In this document: in pieces, positions 1-6,903 of the stretch
Layout: the number at the start of each line of letters is the position of its first letter
Position numbering within the stretch: position 1 is the stretch's first letter
From: Myxococcota bacterium
Lineage (GTDB): Bacteria; Myxococcota; XYA12-FULL-58-9; JALHOP01
Assembly: GCA_041288095.1 (NCBI GenBank)
Contig: JBGGMJ010000132.1
Coordinates: forward strand, 1 to 18,457
Length of the DNA stretch: 18,457 nucleotides
Direction: 5' to 3'
The notes under the pieces: generated by a model
The model's input: only the letters and a program-made list of their open reading frames with translations
The model's database searches: none
What the model was told of the DNA's origin: nothing
Program-made: the position numbers and the translations under genes

Positions 1-704
1 CGCCAGCGCGCGGCGACCCCGCGATCGAGGAGCACGTAGACGAGCACGCCGGCGACGAGCGCCAGGGCGCCACCCTTCGAGAGCGTGGCCACCGTCGCGA
101 TTGCGAGTAGCACCGTCACCGCATGATGGGTGCGCCGCCGCTGCGCGGTTGCCGCGAGCCCGAGCGAGAGCGGTACGAGTGACGCAAGGAAGGCGGCAGC
201 CCAGTTCGGGTTGCCGAGAGTGCCGGGGGCGCGGAACTCGAGATCGGTGTAGACGTCGCTGGTCAGCCAGCGCAGCCCAGCGGCCTGCAGGAGCACGAGT
301 GCCGCGACGAGCACGCCCGTCGCGGTGAGCACGATGAAGCTCTCGCGGCGCGCGCGCTCGTCGTCGCCCAAGGCCATGACTGTCACCAAGTAGAACGCGA
401 GCCCCGACAGGAAGGTGAGCACCGTAGGCCAATGCGTCGGCGCGAGCGCCGATGAAAACGCCGGCAGCACGACCGCCGCCGCGACGAATACCGCGAGCGC
501 GAGAGAGCGCCGGGGAAGACGCAGCGGCGCGCGGCTTACGAGCAACGTGACCGCTACAGCGGCCAGCGCGACGCCGAAGGCGCCCCACTTGGCGAGTCGA
601 TAGCCCCCCGCCTGCTGTGGCAACGCGAAGAGCGCGGTGGCGGTGATGGCTAACGCTGGAGCGAGCGCGACGAGCCTATGCCCGTCGCGCGAGGCACCGA
701 TCAC
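1..704 (-). CDS. O-antigen ligase / O-oligosaccharyltransferase (Wzy_C) family membrane protein, truncated at window edge (3' part missing)
   Basis: Absent from the ORF track; translated by hand from GTG at 704 (GTGA overlap with the upstream stop): MIGASRDGHRLVALAPALAITATALFALP...RAPGTLGNPNWAAAFL...VATLSKGGALALVAG. It has many hydrophobic helices plus the GxxGNPN and TxS(R/K)GG motifs typical of the family. Confidence 0.8.
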   Translation of the reverse strand, partial: MIGASRDGHRLVALAPALAITATALFALPQQAGGYRLAKWGAFGVALAAVAVTLLVSRAPLRLPRRSLALAVFVAAAVVLPAFSSALAPTHWPTVLTFLSGLAFYLVTVMALGDDERARRESFIVLTATGVLVAALVLLQAAGLRWLTSDVYTDLEFRAPGTLGNPNWAAAFLASLVPLSLGLAATAQRRRTHHAVTVLLAIATVATLSKGGALALVAGVLVYVLLDRGVAARW

Positions 705-2086
705 TGGGCGTGACAGGGGTTGCCGATCTCGACCTCGTAGTACAGCACGGTGAGCGGCGCGTTACCCTGGCCTCCGGCGTTGGGATTCAGGAAGGTGACG
801 ACCGTCTCGACGGTGCTCCACCCCGGCAACAGACCGCTAACCATCGCTTCGGTCGCACCGACCGCATCACGCTGGTTCTCGAACACCTGGCAGGCGATGG
901 GCTTCTCGTCCACGATGGTGCGCCAGGTCGCGACCGCCTGGCCGAGATCATCGGTCACCGACTGCATGAGGTCGTAGTCGCCATGACCCTCGAGGCCGCT
1001 CGAGACACTCCACTTGATCGACTTGCCCTCGATCGGTCCCTTGCGCGGGAAGGCGCAGCCGGTGAGGTCGGTGACCACGCCGCCGAGAACCGCGCGGGCC
1101 CAGTTGTCGTGGTAGTCGTCCTCGAAGGTGAGGGTGAGCTGGACCGTGGTGACGTTCGGCGCCTTGGGCGCGTGCCAGAGCAAATCCGGGGTGTTGGTCA
1201 TCGCCAGCTTGTGACCGTAGAGGATGAGCGAGCCGCAGACGCTGAGCTTCGCCGCGTCCTTCTTGTCGAGCGGTACCTCGACGACGCCCTGCACCACGCT
1301 GGTGAGCTCGCCTTCGACCGTGTCTTTGATCTGGTCCTTGATCTTGCCCTTGATGAAGTCCGCGGCGGGATTGGTTTGGAAGTGCGTGGTCTTCGTGAGC
1401 CCTGACGCGCTGTACAAGTCCGGAGCCACCGGCTTCGCGAAGATCGTAAAGGTCAGCAGCGTGTACTGCAGCGGGTCGAGGCGGCCGTCTCCCCACACCG
1501 GATCGACGAAGTCCGTCGTCAGGCGGTGGGCACGCTCTTGGCCGAGGGCGCGGATGAATGACGGCAGAACGGTGCCTTCGTCCATGGGCACGTTGGGCTC
1601 TGACTCGCCGCTGACGGTGTACGAGTAGATCATGGCGCCGAGGAGATCGCTCGTCAGCCCTTCCGCGCTCAAGTTGAACGGATAGGCGGCGCTAACGCCC
1701 AGCTCGACGAGACCTTCGCCGAAGCCTTTCGCGTCGATGACGCGTCCCTCGGCGTAGCTCTCCGCCATGCGCTGCACCACGAGGGTGGTCACGAACGGCA
1801 GACCGGCGTCGATCCGCGCCTGCGCGCCAGCCGTGTCGCCGACCTCCAGCACGGGTACGTCGAAAGCGTCGAAGACACCTTCGAGGTGCGGAGTGACGTC
1901 TTCGCCCGCCTCCACGGCGTCGTAGATCAACTTCGCGATGTCGGTGACTTCGGCGTAGGTGCTGGTGATGCTCGCTTCGTCGTCGTCGTCGTCGTTGTCG
2001 TCGTCATTGCCGGGGTCGCTGCTGGAGCTGCAACCGACCGAGAGCACCATGAAAAGACAAGCGCTCATGAGGGTATGCCACGACAT
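701..2086 (-). CDS. Acidic lipoprotein of unknown function (461 aa), beta-rich C-terminal half
   Basis: Long ORF with high-GC codon bias; signal peptide ending LSVG|C, followed by a Ser/Asp linker; TAAGG upstream. An alternative start is at 2068. Confidence 0.8.
   Translation of the reverse strand: MSWHTLMSACLFMVLSVGCSSSSDPGNDDDNDDDDDEASITSTYAEVTDIAKLIYDAVEAGEDVTPHLEGVFDAFDVPVLEVGDTAGAQARIDAGLPFVTTLVVQRMAESYAEGRVIDAKGFGEGLVELGVSAAYPFNLSAEGLTSDLLGAMIYSYTVSGESEPNVPMDEGTVLPSFIRALGQERAHRLTTDFVDPVWGDGRLDPLQYTLLTFTIFAKPVAPDLYSASGLTKTTHFQTNPAADFIKGKIKDQIKDTVEGELTSVVQGVVEVPLDKKDAAKLSVCGSLILYGHKLAMTNTPDLLWHAPKAPNVTTVQLTLTFEDDYHDNWARAVLGGVVTDLTGCAFPRKGPIEGKSIKWSVSSGLEGHGDYDLMQSVTDDLGQAVATWRTIVDEKPIACQVFENQRDAVGATEAMVSGLLPGWSTVETVVTFLNPNAGGQGNAPLTVLYYEVEIGNPCHAQ
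1979..2008 (-). repeat. (GAC)n-like trinucleotide run encoding NDDDNDDDDD
   Basis: gtcgtcgtcgtcgtcgttgtcgtcgtcatt on the + strand. Confidence 0.8.
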
Positions 2087-2133
2087 CTTTATTCTTCGCC
2101 TTATCGTTAGTGACGCGGGGACGTATGCGTGTG

Positions 2134-2147
2134 CGACACCGGTGTCG
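2134..2147. promoter_or_regulatory. Perfect 14-bp palindrome CGACACCGGTGTCG, candidate operator
   Basis: Read directly. It overlaps a minus-strand TTGACG (2151-2146) about 60 nt upstream of the lipoprotein start. Confidence 0.4.
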
Positions 2148-2185
2148 TCAAGCAGCGATGTAGGACGAGCTCTCGCGCGTCTTAT

Positions 2186-2500
2186 TCAGCCCGCGCTTAG
2201 GTCGCGAACCAGGCTGTCGTCGGGCCAGCGCTTCAAGTGCTCTCCCTTGAGGCGTTCCGCATCGGCGTAGCGCTTGCTCGCGAACAAGAGCGTGACATGC
2301 TCACGCGACGCATCGGCGCTGTCTGGGTAGGCGGCTCGCGCCTTGCGCACGAGCACGGCCGCTTCGACGAAACGGCTATCGACGCGACATTGCCGCGCGA
2401 CTTCGAGCAGCTCGACGAGGTTGGGCTTCGAGAACACCTTGATGCCGCGAAAGAGGACGACGGCGAACAGGACTCCCAGCGCGGCCCAGATCCACAACAT
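2186..2500 (-). CDS. Small membrane-anchored protein with TPR-like helices (104 aa)
   Basis: MLWIWAALGVLFAVVLF transmembrane helix, then a TPR-like pattern (A..L.RKA...YPD, LLFASKRYADAE, KRWPDD). Start placed at ATG 2500 rather than 2587. Confidence 0.65.
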   Translation of the reverse strand: MLWIWAALGVLFAVVLFRGIKVFSKPNLVELLEVARQCRVDSRFVEAAVLVRKARAAYPDSADASREHVTLLFASKRYADAERLKGEHLKRWPDDSLVRDLSAG

Positions 2501-2635
2501 GAGGGGGAGTCTACCCGAAGCGAGGGTGTCCGGCTGGAGACCACGACCCTCATCGTTGTAGTGAATTCCCCGCATATTTGCTGTCACGCACTCGCACGGG
2601 CGCGTCTCTCCGCTCTGGGAGTTGTACTGCCCTGG

Positions 2636-2651
2636 TGGCGCGCAACTTGCT
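2636..2651 (+). promoter_or_regulatory. Candidate sigma54 (-24/-12) promoter for the DUF1592/DUF1552 pair
   Basis: TGGCGCGCAACTTGCT has GG-N10-GC spacing and is close to the consensus TGGCAC-N5-TTGCW. Confidence 0.55.
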
Positions 2652-2665
2652 GGTGCATGAGGGTG

Positions 2666-4402
2666 ATGATGGAAGGGAAATGGCGCGCAGTCCTGCGCCG
2701 CGCCGCGCTGCTGGCGGTCACAGCGGCGTTGACCAGATGTACCGGGAACATTGGTGAGCTGCCGGACGGAGCCCCGACCGTGGGCGAGCTCGTCTGCGAT
2801 CCCGCGGCCGCGCCGGCCGCTAGTCCGCTAAAGCGTCTATCGAACCAGCAATATCAGAACGCCTTGCGGGACCTCTTCGCCGCTCCCGCGCTCGACGGTG
2901 TGCTCACCCAAGCGCGCGCTGTGACACCGAGCTTCGACGCGCTCCCGCGTGATGGCGACGTCGCCGATACGTTCGGGGTCATGGACGGGCGTCTCTCGGA
3001 TGTGCACCTGGACGTTTACTTCAATGTCGCCGACGGCATCGCCACCGCGGCTAGCTCGGGAGCGGATCGACGCGCGGCGCTCGCCGGGGCGTGCATCAAT
3101 GCGCCGACGATCTCCGCTGCTTGCGCGGAAGGTTTCATCCGCGACTTCGGCTTACGCGCATACCGCCGTCCGCTGACGCAGGCCGAGGTCACGCGGATGA
3201 TGGAGCTGGCGCCCTCGGGCGTCACCGGCGAGGAGCTTGTCGGGGACGTGGTGTTCTCGATGCTCATGGCGCCGCAGTTCCTCTATCATTTCGAGAACGG
3301 TGGCTCCGCGGTCGACGCGGCTGGGACACGCTTCGCGCTGACGGAGCACGAGCTCGCGGCGCGGCTGTCGTTCCACTTCTGGCAGACCATTCCCGACGAC
3401 GCGCTGCTCGATGCCGCGACGAGCGGGGCTTTGAGCACACCCGAAGGTTATAGCGCACAGGTCGAGCGGCTCGCGGCACATGAGAAGGCGCGCGAGTCGG
3501 TGCGTACCTTCTTCGACGAATGGTACGAGCTCGTCGCCGTGCGTACGTTCCCGAGCACGGCGCTCTTCCAAGCGGCCTACGCAGGGGTGTCTACCGACGG
3601 TGCGCTCTACGGCGAAATGGTCGCGGAGGTGCACGACCTCATCGATCACGTGCTCGATAGCGGTGGCGGCTACCACGACCTCTTGACCTCGAGCGCGGCG
3701 ACGGTTCGCTCACCGCGCGTCGCGGCGCTCTACGGCGTCGCACCGTGGGATGGCGTTTCGGCGCCGGCGAGCTTCCCGGAGGGCGAACGCTCGGGCGTGC
3801 TGACGCGCGCGGCGTTGGTGCTACAAACCTCCGGCCGCACCAATCCGGTCCTCCGCGGCGCCCGCATCCGCAAAGAGATCCTTTGCGAGGGCATCAAAGT
3901 CCCACCGGACCTGCCCTCCGAGGCGCTGTCGCCGCCGCCCCTGGATCCCAGCGCCACGACGCGCGAGCGCTATGCGGCGAAGACCAGCGCGCCAGCCTGC
4001 AACGGCTGCCACAGCGTGGTGAACCCGATGGGTTATACGCTCGAGCTCTACGACGGACTTGGTCGCTACCGCACGGTGGAGCGGGTGCTCGACGATGCCG
4101 GCGAGGAGATCGCGAGCTTACCGATCGATCCGGTGATCGAGCCGCGCCTGACGCCCGACGACGCGACGGTGGCTGCGAACCGCGCGGAGCTCATGGAGCT
4201 CGTCGCCGAGAGCGCGGACCTCGACGTTTGTTTTGCGCGTCACTACTTCCGCTACACGTTCCGCCGGGACGAGGTGCGCGCCGCCGACGACTGCGCGCTC
4301 ATCGCCGTGCGTGACGCGGCGACGGGCGGCACGCTGGTCGATGCCCTTCGCGCCGTGGCTTACACCGAAGCGTTCAAGCAGCGCGTGATGGGGGCTCCAT
4401 GA
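2666..4402 (+). CDS. DUF1592/DUF1588/DUF1595/DUF1587-type (PSD/PSCyt3) monoheme lipoprotein
   Basis: Motifs LKRLSNQQYQNALRDL, FGLRAYRRPL, LMAPQFLY, ELAARLSFHFWQTIPDDALL, RSGVLT, TNPVLRG..I...ILC and CNGCH (3998-4012)...PMGYTLELYDGLGRYR. Signal peptide ends ALTR|C. The true start is near 2657-2669; the 2237 extension overlaps another gene. Confidence 0.9.
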   Translation: MMEGKWRAVLRRAALLAVTAALTRCTGNIGELPDGAPTVGELVCDPAAAPAASPLKRLSNQQYQNALRDLFAAPALDGVLTQARAVTPSFDALPRDGDVADTFGVMDGRLSDVHLDVYFNVADGIATAASSGADRRAALAGACINAPTISAACAEGFIRDFGLRAYRRPLTQAEVTRMMELAPSGVTGEELVGDVVFSMLMAPQFLYHFENGGSAVDAAGTRFALTEHELAARLSFHFWQTIPDDALLDAATSGALSTPEGYSAQVERLAAHEKARESVRTFFDEWYELVAVRTFPSTALFQAAYAGVSTDGALYGEMVAEVHDLIDHVLDSGGGYHDLLTSSAATVRSPRVAALYGVAPWDGVSAPASFPEGERSGVLTRAALVLQTSGRTNPVLRGARIRKEILCEGIKVPPDLPSEALSPPPLDPSATTRERYAAKTSAPACNGCHSVVNPMGYTLELYDGLGRYRTVERVLDDAGEEIASLPIDPVIEPRLTPDDATVAANRAELMELVAESADLDVCFARHYFRYTFRRDEVRAADDCALIAVRDAATGGTLVDALRAVAYTEAFKQRVMGAP

Positions 4403-6081
4403 GACTCGACAGAGCCACCCGGCGACTCTTCTTGCAGGGCGTAGGCGGTGCGGCGCTTGCGTTGCCGTTCCTGCCCTCGCTCATGCCACGCGACGCCCGG
4501 GCACAAAGTGCCACCGCTCTGCGCTTCATCGGCTTGAAGAGCTGGAACGTGCCGCCGATCCGCCGCTGGTATCCCCGCAACACGGGGCTGGCCGGCAACT
4601 ATGTGGTGCGACCGTATGCAGGGAACGCCGGCGGCATGGGTAACAATCAGCAAGACGGCACCACTGCGCTTACCGCGACGCTGGCCGAGCCGACCGGCAT
4701 CTCACCGGTGCGCTACGACGCCTCGTGGGCGCCGCTCTCTCACTTCGCGACGAACGCCGTCGACACGACGCGGATCTCCGACATCCTCGGGTCGCAGCTC
4801 AACCCGTTCCGCGACAAGCTGCTGCTCCTGCGCGGTCTCGATTTCATGCCGTACTGCAACCACAACAACGGTGGCTGGCTCGGTAACTTCGCGGCGGCGG
4901 AGGCGACGGTTGGCAGTCGGGCGACGCCGACGCTCGATCAAGTGCTCGCTTACTCGAGCAAGGTGTACCCGACGCCGCCCATCGGGCCGCGCAGCTTGAG
5001 TCTCGCGCCCGGCAACTTCGCGGCGATCACCTTCTCCAATCTCGGCAACATGGCGAATCCGCCGCAGGGCCTGTCGCCAACGATCAACCCGCAAGCTGCC
5101 TGGGACGCCGTGTTCACCGGTTTTACACCCAGCACTGGACCGACCCCGGATCATCCGCGCAAGCGCCTCGTGGACCGCGTGCTCGCCGACTACCAAAGCG
5201 TACGTAACGGCCCGCGCATCGGCGCCGAGGACCGTCTCGCGCTCGACCGCCACGTCTCGTTCTTGAACGACGTCGAAGCGCGGCTGCGCGGCAACGCCGG
5301 GAACACGATGTGCACCGTCCCGGGCCGCCCCGGAGCGGGCAACACCAACGACCCTGCTCAGCTGCGCGCCATGTACGAGTCGTTCCTCGACGTCATCGCC
5401 GCGGCGATCATGTGCGACCTGACTCGCGTCTTCACCCTGAACGTCTTCAAGACGGTGTCACGCGTCGGCGGTGGAGACGTGGTCATCGGCCAGGGCTGTT
5501 CGAGCTGCAACACCGGTTACGGCATCGATGCCGGCGCCTCGAGCTGGCACGGCGCGGCGCACGACTACGGCAGTGAGCTCGGCTCCGCGAACGACATCGC
5601 CGGCGTCCCGGGCCCGCTCGAGACCAAGCTCGTGAGCGGCTACCAGTGGGTCGCGAGCAACGTCTTCGCGGCTTTGCTCGCGCGGCTCGACGTGCCCGAG
5701 GCCAACGGCCGCACCTATCTCGACAACACCGTCGTCATGTGGGGCAACGAGATGGGCATGAACCACATCAACAACTCGATCCCCACGGTGCTCGCCGGCG
5801 GCCTCGGCGGCTACCTCGATACCGGCAAGTACATCGACTACATGCGCTGGAGCGCCACCGCCGTCTTCTCGCAGGAGAACGGCCTCGTGGCCGAGGGCGC
5901 GCCCTACAACCGCCTGTTGATCGCGTTGCTGCAGGGCTTTGGCCTCACCCCCGCCGAGTATCAGACGGAGGCGAACGGCTTGTTCGGCGAGTCGCGCATC
6001 ATCGGCAAAAGCGGACCGCACTGGGACGCCTACGACCTGAGCACGGTGAACAAGCCGCTGCATGGAATCGCGGTGACGTAA
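4399..6081 (+). CDS. DUF1552 (HXXSHH) family protein with Tat signal
   Basis: TRRLFLQGVGGAALALPFLPSL; LNPFRDKLLLLRGLD; TLDQVLA; NPQAAWDAVF; D..ALDRH...L..VE.RL; AIMCDLTRV; WHGAAH; GRTYLDNTVVMWGNEMG; VLAGG. ATGA overlap with the upstream partner gene. Confidence 0.9.
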   Translation: MRLDRATRRLFLQGVGGAALALPFLPSLMPRDARAQSATALRFIGLKSWNVPPIRRWYPRNTGLAGNYVVRPYAGNAGGMGNNQQDGTTALTATLAEPTGISPVRYDASWAPLSHFATNAVDTTRISDILGSQLNPFRDKLLLLRGLDFMPYCNHNNGGWLGNFAAAEATVGSRATPTLDQVLAYSSKVYPTPPIGPRSLSLAPGNFAAITFSNLGNMANPPQGLSPTINPQAAWDAVFTGFTPSTGPTPDHPRKRLVDRVLADYQSVRNGPRIGAEDRLALDRHVSFLNDVEARLRGNAGNTMCTVPGRPGAGNTNDPAQLRAMYESFLDVIAAAIMCDLTRVFTLNVFKTVSRVGGGDVVIGQGCSSCNTGYGIDAGASSWHGAAHDYGSELGSANDIAGVPGPLETKLVSGYQWVASNVFAALLARLDVPEANGRTYLDNTVVMWGNEMGMNHINNSIPTVLAGGLGGYLDTGKYIDYMRWSATAVFSQENGLVAEGAPYNRLLIALLQGFGLTPAEYQTEANGLFGESRIIGKSGPHWDAYDLSTVNKPLHGIAVT

Positions 6082-6346
6082 GGCTCGGTGAATCCGGGAG
6101 AAGGCCAAGGCACGCGCGACAACGAGCTCGCATCACAGGCGCTCCACTACCGCTCGGCGGGAACGCCCCGTAGCGCGGTGATTTCCCCTGGCGGGTCGCG
6201 CTGTTCAGCGGCGCAGCCCAGCCGTCGGGCGACGCGTCGTCACTGGTCGGGCGCGGCGGAAGACAGAACAAACGCCTCGGCGGTCCGACAATAGCCTGCG
6301 AAATCGCCAGTCGTGTGTGTACACGCCAATTGCCCGAGGAAAAATC

Positions 6347-6661
6347 ATGTCTACGGCCCTTGAAACCATTCGCCAGGCCCCGGGCGCAGTGCTCGCGAGC
6401 GTCGCCCACGATACCGTTGCCCAGGCTGGAATCGTCCAAGGCGAACGGGATCAGGCGCCCACGACGCGCGACTTTTACGTCACCGTCGACGCCGACAAGG
6501 TCCACATTCGCTTCACCGTCGTGAAGCCACCGTTCGGCTTCAACTTCGAGCCGACCTTCACCAAGATGTGCGTCGGCCTGAGCCCCGCCTCCGTCGACAC
6601 GTTCGCTAAAGCGGTCGAAGCCGCGCTGGCGCCGCCGGCGAAGGTCGATCACGTCATTTGA
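6347..6661 (+). CDS. Hypothetical protein (104 aa)
   Basis: GAGG-N8-ATG ribosome binding site and high GC3; no family recognised. Confidence 0.7.
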   Translation: MSTALETIRQAPGAVLASVAHDTVAQAGIVQGERDQAPTTRDFYVTVDADKVHIRFTVVKPPFGFNFEPTFTKMCVGLSPASVDTFAKAVEAALAPPAKVDHVI

Positions 6662-6870
6662 CGAGGGCGCCATCCACGACGAGGTGCTGCGGATGGATGC
6701 GCCCGTCGGTGGTGACCCGAGCGACGAGATAGGTGTCGTCACCGGCATTCAAGCGGGCAAGCTCGTCGGCGCGGCGCTCGTCGATGTAGAAGCGTTCCAC
6801 CTCAGCGCGTCCGGAATTTCGTCCCAGTTCGCCGCGATGACCGAAATCAAGAACATTAGGCGACCACCGC
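6654..6870 (-). pseudogene. Remnant: DUF2157 N-terminal fragment joined out of frame to the C-terminus of a GDYXXLXY-family gene
   Basis: One frame (ATG 6856) reads MFLISVIAANWDEIPDALR, the DUF2157 AANW..IP motif. Another frame from about 6800 reads VERFYIDERRADEL...VARVTTDGRIHPQHLVVDG*, resembling the GDYXXLXY C-terminus. Confidence 0.65.
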
Positions 6871-6903
6871 GTTAGCGTCGATGTCGACGAGCATAGCGCC
6901 CCG

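Noticed and set aside
2237..2656. N-terminal extension of the DUF1592 ORF
   Set aside because: It overlaps the opposite-strand gene, and the signal peptide begins at about 2666.
5496..5510. CSSCN in DUF1552 as a heme c site
   Set aside because: It lacks the His of CxxCH.
6244..6260. TGGTCGGG match to the tRNA-Pro 3' end as a possible att site
   Set aside because: Only 8 contiguous bases match, the same 8-mer recurs inside hmgA (about 15130), and no integrase is present.
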